Part shown: positions 8,996 to 17,874 of the stretch, piece after piece
How the letters are laid out: the number at the start of each line of letters is the position of its first letter
Numbering within the stretch: position 1 is the stretch's first letter
Position numbers and translations under genes: made by a program
The notes under the pieces: generated by a model
The model's input: only the letters and a program-made list of their open reading frames with translations
Told to the model about the DNA's origin: nothing
Databases searched by the model: none
Assembly (NCBI GenBank): GCA_040772485.1
Contig: JAXGYC010000008.1
Coordinates: 96,001 to 160,000, forward strand
Reading direction: 5' to 3'
Length of the DNA stretch: 64,000 nucleotides
Source of the DNA: Sedimentisphaerales bacterium
GTDB taxonomy: Bacteria > Planctomycetota > Phycisphaerae > Sedimentisphaerales > Anaerobacaceae

Positions 8996-10450
8996 TCACG
9001 GCAGTCGACGCGGTCGCCTGCCGGGATCGATCTGGACAACCGAAGCGTCTGTATCCCGCAGACGCAGGCGTTCCACCTGCCTCAGGATGATCGACGTCGC
9101 AGCCCCGTCGCAGGCAGGAAACTCGAAAGTGTCGAGAGTCAGGTCGTTGACATCCTCGCAGATCACCACGGGACGCTGGTCAGGCTGCCTGCAGGTCAGA
9201 CGCACGTCCTCCAGAGCGAGGTTCTGCACATTGCGGGCGTAGAGCCCCCAAGCCGGCAGAGGGCGGGCGTCCACGCCGGGGGTACGAACTTCGCCGGAAA
9301 CCTCATCGACCGTGCCGCCCCCCTCGAATTCAATGTCCACGTCGCGAAAGACCACACTCTCAAACGGCGTCTCGGCCCAACTCTCCACGGAGCAAGCCGC
9401 ACGGTACACGTTGGTGGCCGAGAGACGTGTCACCGTGACGCGGCCGGCGGTATTGCCTGCTTTCATCGTGAAATGGAGCGGTGTTGCGACGTTCCGCATC
9501 GTCACATCGGAGATCAGGACGTCGTCGAGGCGCCCCTTCGTCGCGTCCCACGCCCCTGGCTGGAGGTTGATGCCGGCCAGCATGTTGTGGCGGTCTGATG
9601 TGCGGTGGGGGTGCAGGCCCGGCCCATAGAGCAGGCAGTCGTGTATAATCAAGTTCTCGGCCGGACCGATCAAACGGATTCCGTTGCAGGACGAATTGAT
9701 GATGCAGCCGGAGATCACCGTGTTCTCCCAGTAACGACCCGCGATCGAATCATCCCCGGTGTAGAACCGACAGTCCGTGATGTCCACGTGCCGACAAGCA
9801 TGCCCGGGCGCCCCGCGGAAGTGCACGCCGTCCCATCCGCCGGTGAATGTGACGTTGTGAATGTCCACGTTGCTGCTGAGCATGAAGAAGATCGCGTAGT
9901 TGGCGGAATCCACGAAGAAGACATCGCGCACGGTCACGTCGCAGCAATCGACGAACACAAACGTGTGCGGTCCACGCATACGCTCTTCCCCCGTCGGATC
10001 GAAGACCTTGTTGCCGTCGATCACGCCCCCGCCGCAGATGGCAATATCCTCCTGCCCCTCCGCCAGAATGAGGGCGCGGTGCCATTTGCCCCACCGCGCC
10101 TCCGGCATGAAGTCCGGCGGTTTCGGGGCTTCGTACAGGTTCGGGTCTCGCGCCCCAACCAGCTTGGCCCCGGGCTCCAACAGCAGCGTGACATGGCTCT
10201 GGAGATGGATGGTTGCCGAGAGGTACCGCCCCGGCGCAAAGCGGATCTGCCCCCCGCCGGCAGTTGCACAGGCCTCCACGGCTCTGTTGATGGCCGCTGT
10301 ATCGAGCGCTACGCCGTCGCCAACGGCCCCGTAATTGCGCACATCGAATACAGACGCCTGGCCGGCGAACGCCACATGAGACCACGCCAGCAGCCACAGA
10401 ACCCAAAACGCCATTCGATATCGATCACAGCATTCCTTCCGAGCCCGCAT
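8996..10450 (-). CDS. Glycoside hydrolase family 28-like (pectin-lyase fold) protein
   Basis: FDVRNYGAVGDGVALDTAAINRAVEAC, GGGVIDGN, WDGVH and TGDDSIA beta-helix motifs; signal peptide. Confidence 0.85.
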   Translation of the reverse strand: MRARKECCDRYRMAFWVLWLLAWSHVAFAGQASVFDVRNYGAVGDGVALDTAAINRAVEACATAGGGQIRFAPGRYLSATIHLQSHVTLLLEPGAKLVGARDPNLYEAPKPPDFMPEARWGKWHRALILAEGQEDIAICGGGVIDGNKVFDPTGEERMRGPHTFVFVDCCDVTVRDVFFVDSANYAIFFMLSSNVDIHNVTFTGGWDGVHFRGAPGHACRHVDITDCRFYTGDDSIAGRYWENTVISGCIINSSCNGIRLIGPAENLIIHDCLLYGPGLHPHRTSDRHNMLAGINLQPGAWDATKGRLDDVLISDVTMRNVATPLHFTMKAGNTAGRVTVTRLSATNVYRAACSVESWAETPFESVVFRDVDIEFEGGGTVDEVSGEVRTPGVDARPLPAWGLYARNVQNLALEDVRLTCRQPDQRPVVICEDVNDLTLDTFEFPACDGAATSIILRQVERLRLRDTDASVVQIDPGRRPRRLP

Positions 10451-10478
10451 GAGATTGTCTCCATTGGCATACTGACTG

Positions 10479-13163
10479 TTACTTGTCAACACTCTCGATC
10501 ACGGTTTTGATCGCGGCTTTGTTGGGCCAGATGTCGCTACCACCGTCGCGACGGTCGATCAGCCGGCCGTAGATCGCGGCCACGCCGCGCGTCGCCCAGC
10601 GCGGGATTTCCTTCAGGATGTCGTCGTCGGCGTGCATGTCCTTTTGTCGCCAGGCATTGTCGCGTCGCCGGAAACGGTCTTCGCTCATCATGGGCCTGTC
10701 CGGAATCGCCGCCAGGCCGGCCGCGATCGCGCCGTCGCTGGTCGTGGTGGACCAGTGTTCCCAGCCGGCATACTGCTCATCACGGGCTCGAAGTGTGTTC
10801 CAGGCGATGCCACGGGCGAGATACTCGCCCTTGTTGGCAGGTTCCGGGTCGTGCCCCTGCCCGATATCGCTGTCGGAATAGCGCAGTCCGATCCAGTGGT
10901 GCCAGCCGCCAAGCTGCGGGATCAGATCATCCAGCCACCACTGGAGTTTCGCACGGTCGGCCCAGAACTCGACATCCCAGCCGATGCCCATGGACCAGCC
11001 GGGCACCGGGCCCAGGCGGGCCGCAACGTAACGGTTGATCCGGCGGCTCTGCAGCCCGCTGTATCCGCCCGGCAGATTGGCGAAGTCTCCGCTGTCCCCT
11101 TTGCCCCACATCCACAGATGCAGCCAGCCCCCGCGTTCGGACCACTCGGAAGCAGCCGCCTCCAGCGCGGCAAAGGTCCGCACGTCGGGCGCCGCGGGCG
11201 CCGTGCGGAGACCGTCGACCGCGTCAGCATTGAACCAGCTCCGGCCAATCGTGGAGATGTGACCCCCGTTAAAGCCGTGATTATCGCTGAACTCGGCCAC
11301 GAACGCCCGCATGCTCGCCGGGTCGTCATGCCAACGGTGTACATCCGGCATCATGATCAGAACAGGCGTGCGCTTGACGAGTCCTCCCTCGGGTCCCTTC
11401 TGATGCGCCCAGGCGGTCGGTTCGTCCCGTCGCCGGCCGCTCCAGCCAACCCGCTTGGGGTTGCTGGACGGCGTCACCTCGACCATCAGTTGCAGGCCGT
11501 CGAGAGCCGCCGTCGGTGAGCTGGTCACACCGGTCCAGCGGCCCTGCAGCGACCCACCAAAACGATAGACATACGTGTCATCCGAACCGGAGTACCACAG
11601 CAGACTCGTGCGGTGGGCGCCGCTGTCCGCATGCGTCCAGACGCACGAACCTTCGACGTCCCACTTCGCGACGCCCACAGCAGCCCCCGGAGCCTCCACA
11701 GGGAAATCGACCCAGTGATACAACTCCACTTGCCTGGACAATGCCGGGGCTTTCTTGAGATGAAGCACGGCCTCGCTCGCAGAGGGCGCCTTGAACTGAC
11801 GCGTCCCGCCGGAGACTTCGACCCGCTCACTTTCCGTAGTCGTGCCTTTGGCCGGATCGAACCATTCGAGCAGGTAGACGCCCGGTTCCAGTTCTACGGA
11901 GAAGGCTTCGTTCTTGCCCGGCTGATAGACGAGATACTCGTGTCCCGGATGGGCGAGACAGTAGCCGGTCGACGCCAGATCATTGCGCGGAGTCATTGCC
12001 GCCAGGTTCATTCGCTCGGTCATACGCCGCGTGTGGCCCAAAGCCGCCCGGAGCGGCTCCCAACCACGATCCTGCCCCAGGACCGAGCCATCGTAGGGGT
12101 CCATGAAGAGGGGATTGTGTCCGCGCAGGAAACTCTTCCAGACCCAGGCCACATTGCCGCCCACGCCCCAGATGTGGTCCGTGTCGAGCAGGCTTACCTT
12201 CTGTTCGTTCCAGGCCGGCGGGTCCTCGGCGAAGCCGTCCGCCCGGCCCGGGGAAACCCAGTCGGCCGGACTGGCCAGCATGGTGGCGATTCGCTCGGCG
12301 CCGTGACCGGTATTGCCAATCGGATGCTGCTTCGGCTTGGTCCGTTGGTACTCCTGGACGGTCCGGATCACCCACCAGTTCCACTCCTGCTCGCCGCCCT
12401 CGTTGATAACCTCGTAAAGGACGTTGTCCAGAGCGTTCACCGTGTCCACCACCTTACGGAGATAAGCCGCCTGGAGCTGGTTCGCCTCCGGATTCCGCAG
12501 GGTATGGACCCGCCCACTGAAGGCGTCCGATCCTTCGATGGCGAGATTGTTGACGTTGTTCGCAGGGTTGAACGGATGCGACCGCCAGGCCCAGCCGTCT
12601 TCCGTGTTCTGGCGGCGGTTGCCATGCATCAGGCCCCAGCCCTCGAAGAGCATCACGCTTACGTAGATCCCGCGCTGACCCGCTGCCGCCACCCGCGACC
12701 GCAGCCGCTCGAAATACTCCGGGTCGAATTTCGTCAGGTCGAATCTGGGCTTGCCATCGAGGGCATTGCCGGGGCCGGTTCGTGTCCAGGGCAGCGGCGC
12801 CGCGTTGTGGATGAAGTCCTTGCCCAGCGCGCCGTTGGCCCGCGTGTCCCACGCGGTCGAATCCCATGCCCACAAGCGAATGAAATTGTGGTGATGACGC
12901 TCGAGGAAATCCAGGTAGGCAGAGAAATCGAACGGCTCAGGCGGATCGCTTCGCCCCATATCCACAAGGTTGTTCCACGTATGCACGCCGGTCAGGTAGA
13001 CCGCTCGCAACGAGCCGTCCGGGCCTCTCGCACCATCGGTGAAGTAGCGCCGGTTCGCAGGATGGATGCGAAGCGGACCTCTTGCAGGGTCCGCGTGCGC
13101 TGTGCCGGCAAGTCCAATCAGCACTGCCAGGCAGATGCAAGCCGTTGTTCTCGTTACGCGCAT
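10479..13163 (-). CDS. Secreted two-catalytic-domain glycoside hydrolase-like protein (DUF6298/apiosidase-like TIM barrels)
   Basis: GPLRIHPANRRYFTD...NFIRLW...VLYEVINE; EWFDPAKG beta-sandwich; second barrel with W.MG.GWDVE...MMSEDRFR. Confidence 0.7.
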   Translation of the reverse strand: MRVTRTTACICLAVLIGLAGTAHADPARGPLRIHPANRRYFTDGARGPDGSLRAVYLTGVHTWNNLVDMGRSDPPEPFDFSAYLDFLERHHHNFIRLWAWDSTAWDTRANGALGKDFIHNAAPLPWTRTGPGNALDGKPRFDLTKFDPEYFERLRSRVAAAGQRGIYVSVMLFEGWGLMHGNRRQNTEDGWAWRSHPFNPANNVNNLAIEGSDAFSGRVHTLRNPEANQLQAAYLRKVVDTVNALDNVLYEVINEGGEQEWNWWVIRTVQEYQRTKPKQHPIGNTGHGAERIATMLASPADWVSPGRADGFAEDPPAWNEQKVSLLDTDHIWGVGGNVAWVWKSFLRGHNPLFMDPYDGSVLGQDRGWEPLRAALGHTRRMTERMNLAAMTPRNDLASTGYCLAHPGHEYLVYQPGKNEAFSVELEPGVYLLEWFDPAKGTTTESERVEVSGGTRQFKAPSASEAVLHLKKAPALSRQVELYHWVDFPVEAPGAAVGVAKWDVEGSCVWTHADSGAHRTSLLWYSGSDDTYVYRFGGSLQGRWTGVTSSPTAALDGLQLMVEVTPSSNPKRVGWSGRRRDEPTAWAHQKGPEGGLVKRTPVLIMMPDVHRWHDDPASMRAFVAEFSDNHGFNGGHISTIGRSWFNADAVDGLRTAPAAPDVRTFAALEAAASEWSERGGWLHLWMWGKGDSGDFANLPGGYSGLQSRRINRYVAARLGPVPGWSMGIGWDVEFWADRAKLQWWLDDLIPQLGGWHHWIGLRYSDSDIGQGHDPEPANKGEYLARGIAWNTLRARDEQYAGWEHWSTTTSDGAIAAGLAAIPDRPMMSEDRFRRRDNAWRQKDMHADDDILKEIPRWATRGVAAIYGRLIDRRDGGSDIWPNKAAIKTVIESVDK

Positions 13164-13198
13164 GACGGTTTCCTCCAAGAGTTTCTCTTGCTGTGATT

Positions 13199-16100
13199 TC
13201 ATTCCACTCGAACGCGCAGGGCGATATCCTCGGCGAAATCAGGCGACGGGAGCCGCTTCAGACCACCATCGTGCGTGAAGGACTCCTCCCTTTCCAGCAA
13301 CCCGCTGAGCGTGTTGATCCATTCGGCCCGAAAGACGCCGGCCGGCAACTCGAGCGTCAGTTCAACCGGACCGCGCCCCACCAAGTAGATCGCGTAGGTC
13401 CGTCCTGGCTCAACCAGCGCCCACGCCCGGCCCTGTTCGGGCACGCCGCTTTTGATCACGGAGTTGTCCGGCTTCATCCGCACGAATTCGATGCTGTGGA
13501 TGAACTCCTTCAGAACCTGCAATTGCCGGCGCAAGGCGGGGCTGCCACCTCCCGGCCCGCGATGGTCAAGCAACGTGCCACGAGGATGCGTGGCAGCGAA
13601 GGAGAAATCGAGATGACTGAACAACGCTCCGCCGGCGAGAAGGAACTCCCAGCCCTGGATGCGATAGGTCGCGGCGTCGCGGCGCGAGCCGCCGGTTTCG
13701 TTGTGGCCGATGGCTCTTCCAAGGCCGTAGTTCAATGTGACGGCTTCAGGCTCTGCCGCGTGGAAATTGTAGAGCAATACTTCCGGGTGCGTCTTGGCGA
13801 TCTTGGCCGAGCCGTGGGCGAAGTTCAGGGAGATGAGATGCTGATTCGGCAGAGCCGTCTCCACCTCGCGGACCGCCGAAATCACTCGACCCTGCCAGTC
13901 CGGATGCATTCCGCCGCGTTCATACGGCTCGTTGCATATCTCGTAATAGACGTTGTCGAAAGGATTTAGTTCGCGGACGATCTTCTGCGCGACGGCGACC
14001 TGCACATCCGTGAGCGCCTCTTCCTTCAGCCCGTAGACTTCATACCGTCCGACGTTGCCGACGCCGTTGACGTTATTGGCAGCGTGCATGGGCGAAGCCT
14101 TCCACAACTCCTCGCCGTACATCGTACAGAAGAGGGTGATCTCAACGACGATGCCGCGCTGCCCGGCGGACGCCACGAAATCCTTCAGTCGCGCAAAATA
14201 AGCCTCGTTCCAGCGGGTCAAATCGAATTTGCTGCCGCCATCGAAACAGCCCGGCGTGTCACTTCGAGCCCAGGGCGCCGCGTAGCGCCCCGGCGCCGGG
14301 GCCAGCGTGTTGCCCTGAATGCCAAAGGAGCCAGGAATCTCTCGATAGGTCCCGCTGAAGAGCCGAGTATGATTGAAACCATGGCGAGCGAGTTCGTCCA
14401 GGTAGGCTCCGAAGTCGAAATCGAGGTTGATGACCGCACCGTAATGCTCGCCCGAGGTGACCAGCACGGTCGGTTCCCCGCGAAACTGGAAGTAGTGCGG
14501 GTTCTCGGGATGGAGACGCAGCAGATCATTCGGAGAATCCACGCGGGCCGCAGACGCGTCGGGACGAACGTCGGCCGTCGCCTCGATCAGGTCTGCCAGT
14601 TCGGCTCTGGCCTTCTCGTAAGCCGCCGGGTCTTTGTCCCACTGGAACCATGAGTCGGTCAGGCGGCGCACAATGCCCGCCGCTTCGTTCGATTTGCCGC
14701 GGCGACGGAGTATGGCCAGGTATTCGTAGTCCTCGATCCCGTCTCGCAAAGCCTTCAGACGCACGGTCGGCACGATGCCGTCATAACCTGCGGCCCGCGC
14801 GGGATAGACCAGCGATCCTTCCCCGTTGAAGAGAATGCCCTTCCTGCCCTGTTGCAGGGCGCCGCTGCCGATATAGATCGGCGCCTGCGTCCAGGGATCA
14901 TCCGTCTGCCTCCAGTGGGACATGCCGCCCCAATAAAGCAGACCTTTCATGCCGTCTCGCCAAGCCATCCAGGCGGGCACGCGATAATTGAGCAACGGAT
15001 AGTCGATGTGCCACCACGGCGTGGGCGCGCCCTGGCACAGGGCCGTGTAGGTCCAGATCGTCTCGCCCAACGCCCTCCGTTTGGCGGCGCTTTGCGGCCG
15101 ATGCAGCGAAAACAGTGGACACCAGATATCGACTGACCCGTACAGATCACCCCAGGCGCTGTTGGCGCCGCCCTGGCCTGGCTCCGTCCACGTCTGCTCG
15201 ACAACCATAACCTGGACGATGGATTCGGCCTCACGAATCGCCCGGCCCCATTTCTGTACGTAGCGATAGTCCTCCTCTGTATTTGGCTCATCCTTGAGAT
15301 AAACGAAGAACACGACACCGGGCCGGTCGAGTTCGTGCGCCGCCCGGTCGAACGCCGCCAGCCACGCCCGCAGCTTGTCGCGTTCCGTTTCCGGATCTTT
15401 GACAACGCCGGAGGGATGGGGCACCTGGATGGCGTTGACATGGTAACGATCCACGAACTCACGCAGTGCCTGCACCTGTCGGGAAGGGATTCGGAACGAA
15501 CCATCATCCTGCGCGACCGGGCGGAGCAGCTCACTCGGAGGCGTTGCATTGATGCGGTGCTCGCTCAGCAACTGCGCGCACTGAGTCTCCACCGCCGGCC
15601 AATCCGCAGGCTGCCGCTCTCCGGCCTTGTCGCGATAGTAGCCCCGCATGCGCTGCGCAGGCGAACCGAAAGCGGTGACCAGCGTCGGAGTCGATGGCAG
15701 CGCGAAGTCCCAGACCGTCAATGTCACGGGAATCTCTACTGGACTGCGATCGTCCGAGACCAGACAATAGACGCCTCGATAGGCTCCCGGCGACGCTGCG
15801 GTGGGGACGTAAAGGTCCACCCAGAAGCCGTGCGTCTCATCGGGCGGCAGATCGAAGGGCACAGCGGCAAAGCGGGCCTCCTCCAGCGGCTCGCCCGTAA
15901 CCGGATGCGCGAAGGGGATCAGGGGGTCCGGATACCAGTCCGGCTCAAAAACGCTGTTCCGATAGGTCCCGGTCTCCAGATGCAGTTGATGCTGGCGATA
16001 GCACCGGCATTGCGCCAGCTCGAGAAGCGTTCCTTCTGGCCCGCGCAGTTCACCCGCCTCCAGGCGCACCGCCCGGACCGGTTCATCGCAGCGCAGCAGG

Positions 16101-16279
16101 ACCTGAAAACTCACCCATTCGTTGCGGGCCGCACGGACCTCGACCGTCCGATCGCTGCCTGGCAGATCGCTCCGCAGCACATGCCGGGTCTCGGTCACGG
16201 TCCACACGTGCCACTCCGCATGGGCATTCATCGCAAGCGACAGCAGAAGCACAAACGCACAAGGGGACTTGCTCTTCAT
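13199..16279 (-). CDS. Fusion of DUF4091/GH123-like domain and GH5-like/DUF6298-like domain
   Basis: AARNEWVSFQ, LTVWDFALP, KDEP, GLLYW, LKALRDGIEDYEYL; then LRLHPENPHYFQFRG, VYYEICNEP, EWINTLSG. Confidence 0.75.
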   Translation of the reverse strand: MKSKSPCAFVLLLSLAMNAHAEWHVWTVTETRHVLRSDLPGSDRTVEVRAARNEWVSFQVLLRCDEPVRAVRLEAGELRGPEGTLLELAQCRCYRQHQLHLETGTYRNSVFEPDWYPDPLIPFAHPVTGEPLEEARFAAVPFDLPPDETHGFWVDLYVPTAASPGAYRGVYCLVSDDRSPVEIPVTLTVWDFALPSTPTLVTAFGSPAQRMRGYYRDKAGERQPADWPAVETQCAQLLSEHRINATPPSELLRPVAQDDGSFRIPSRQVQALREFVDRYHVNAIQVPHPSGVVKDPETERDKLRAWLAAFDRAAHELDRPGVVFFVYLKDEPNTEEDYRYVQKWGRAIREAESIVQVMVVEQTWTEPGQGGANSAWGDLYGSVDIWCPLFSLHRPQSAAKRRALGETIWTYTALCQGAPTPWWHIDYPLLNYRVPAWMAWRDGMKGLLYWGGMSHWRQTDDPWTQAPIYIGSGALQQGRKGILFNGEGSLVYPARAAGYDGIVPTVRLKALRDGIEDYEYLAILRRRGKSNEAAGIVRRLTDSWFQWDKDPAAYEKARAELADLIEATADVRPDASAARVDSPNDLLRLHPENPHYFQFRGEPTVLVTSGEHYGAVINLDFDFGAYLDELARHGFNHTRLFSGTYREIPGSFGIQGNTLAPAPGRYAAPWARSDTPGCFDGGSKFDLTRWNEAYFARLKDFVASAGQRGIVVEITLFCTMYGEELWKASPMHAANNVNGVGNVGRYEVYGLKEEALTDVQVAVAQKIVRELNPFDNVYYEICNEPYERGGMHPDWQGRVISAVREVETALPNQHLISLNFAHGSAKIAKTHPEVLLYNFHAAEPEAVTLNYGLGRAIGHNETGGSRRDAATYRIQGWEFLLAGGALFSHLDFSFAATHPRGTLLDHRGPGGGSPALRRQLQVLKEFIHSIEFVRMKPDNSVIKSGVPEQGRAWALVEPGRTYAIYLVGRGPVELTLELPAGVFRAEWINTLSGLLEREESFTHDGGLKRLPSPDFAEDIALRVRVE

Positions 16280-16368
16280 TCCCTGTCCCTTCGATTGAAT
16301 CGAACAACAAGGAGGCCACACACAATGATCCGGTGTTCGCACGGACGATGCTTCTTCGGCAACGCCCG

Positions 16369-17793
16369 TCAGCTATGGCAGTAGAGGTCCCAACCCAGAT
16401 ACTTCGTGATCGCTTCGTGCAGGACCCTGGCACAATGCGTCCGCGTCATGGCCACGTGGTGCTCGAAGCCGTTCTGGCACATGTAACCCATCAACTCCCG
16501 CAGTCGCGGGATCTGGCAGACCGCGATGCCGCCATCCATGTCGAACGGATCGTCCGTGAATTGACCTTCACCGAGGTACGTCTTGATCTTTCCTCGCCGA
16601 TCATCCGTCGACATGCGGAAGTAGGTCATCGGGCCGGCGGCCACGTGACCTTTGACGGCCCCGAAGCAGTTCTCGCGTCCCAACGACTCGCCCAGCACGT
16701 CCAGCTCGGCAATCTCGATCTGGCGGCCCATGAAGCTCCTGGGAAGATTGCTACAGTGCGTGCAAACGCACTTGTCCGCCTCGTCGGCGTAATTATTGTT
16801 CCAGTCGAGGAAGCCGGGAATCTGCCCCGACGCCAGCAGCAGCGCATACATCGAGACCGCGCCGACCACATCTACCTCGCAGGCGCTGGGCATGCGTTTC
16901 TCGCCCATCAGGCTCATGGACAGGCACGCGGCACAGCCGTAGTTGTTCTGCACGGAAGTCCAGCATTGCACCGCGCTGGCATTCAACTCGTTCTCGGCCA
17001 TCCATCTCTCCAGAACGACGGAGAGCTTGGCCTGTTTCAGCACGGCCTGGGGATCGATCCGCGCGGGGATCGATCCATAGTTCCTGATCTCAGACGATCT
17101 TTTCTGGACGGACTTTGCCCGATCGTCGAGCTGCCGGGCCTGGCTGATGATCTCGGACAAATCAACGGGGACCACCGTAATGCCTGAATCCTGGAGCAGC
17201 TTTTCGCTGAAGCGCACGGTCTGAAACGCCGCCGGACGCGCGCCAACCGCGCCGATCCGCGCGCGGCGCAGCCCTCGGACGACGCGACAGACGCGGGCGA
17301 AGAAATCCAGATCGGCCCCGAAAGCGTCACTGCCGATGTCGCACGTATGATCGCGCGTATCGGTGAACGGAATCCCATACTGATAGAGGTTGTTGCAGAC
17401 CGAGAGTTTGCCGCAAAAGGCATCCCGACGGCCTGCGACGTCCACCGCATCCAGACGGTCGCTGCACGCCTGCACCAATACGGGCACATCGAGACGAGCC
17501 AGATCGAGGGTCTCGACGACTCCAAGCTCGTCGCCGAAGTTGGGCAATACAACGATGACCCCGTCGATGCGATCGCGATGCTGCCGGAACAATGCGGCGC
17601 ATTTCTTCGCATCCGCCCGCGTTTCGACTGCCTGGTGGGCCGTGGCTTTGGCAGGCAAGATCACGTGCGAATACCCAAGAGCGCTGAGTTTGGCCAGCAG
17701 CTCTCGGCGGCCTTCCACCGCCAGCCGGGGATTGAAGAAGCCTCTCGTGCCCACAATCACGCCGAACGTCATCTTCTTGTCCAAGATCTTCAT
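16369..17793 (-). CDS. L-fucose/L-arabinose isomerase family protein
   Basis: LPNFGDE, RRDAFCGK, AVQCW, SACEVDVVGA, HCSN and GFEHHVAM motifs. Confidence 0.85.
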   Translation of the reverse strand: MKILDKKMTFGVIVGTRGFFNPRLAVEGRRELLAKLSALGYSHVILPAKATAHQAVETRADAKKCAALFRQHRDRIDGVIVVLPNFGDELGVVETLDLARLDVPVLVQACSDRLDAVDVAGRRDAFCGKLSVCNNLYQYGIPFTDTRDHTCDIGSDAFGADLDFFARVCRVVRGLRRARIGAVGARPAAFQTVRFSEKLLQDSGITVVPVDLSEIISQARQLDDRAKSVQKRSSEIRNYGSIPARIDPQAVLKQAKLSVVLERWMAENELNASAVQCWTSVQNNYGCAACLSMSLMGEKRMPSACEVDVVGAVSMYALLLASGQIPGFLDWNNNYADEADKCVCTHCSNLPRSFMGRQIEIAELDVLGESLGRENCFGAVKGHVAAGPMTYFRMSTDDRRGKIKTYLGEGQFTDDPFDMDGGIAVCQIPRLRELMGYMCQNGFEHHVAMTRTHCARVLHEAITKYLGWDLYCHS

Positions 17794-17874
17794 AACGCCC
17801 TTTCCCGTTGAGCAAACCTGCATAAAGACAGGTCCCATCCTAAGGGACCGATGGGACCTGTGCAAGCGATTGCG

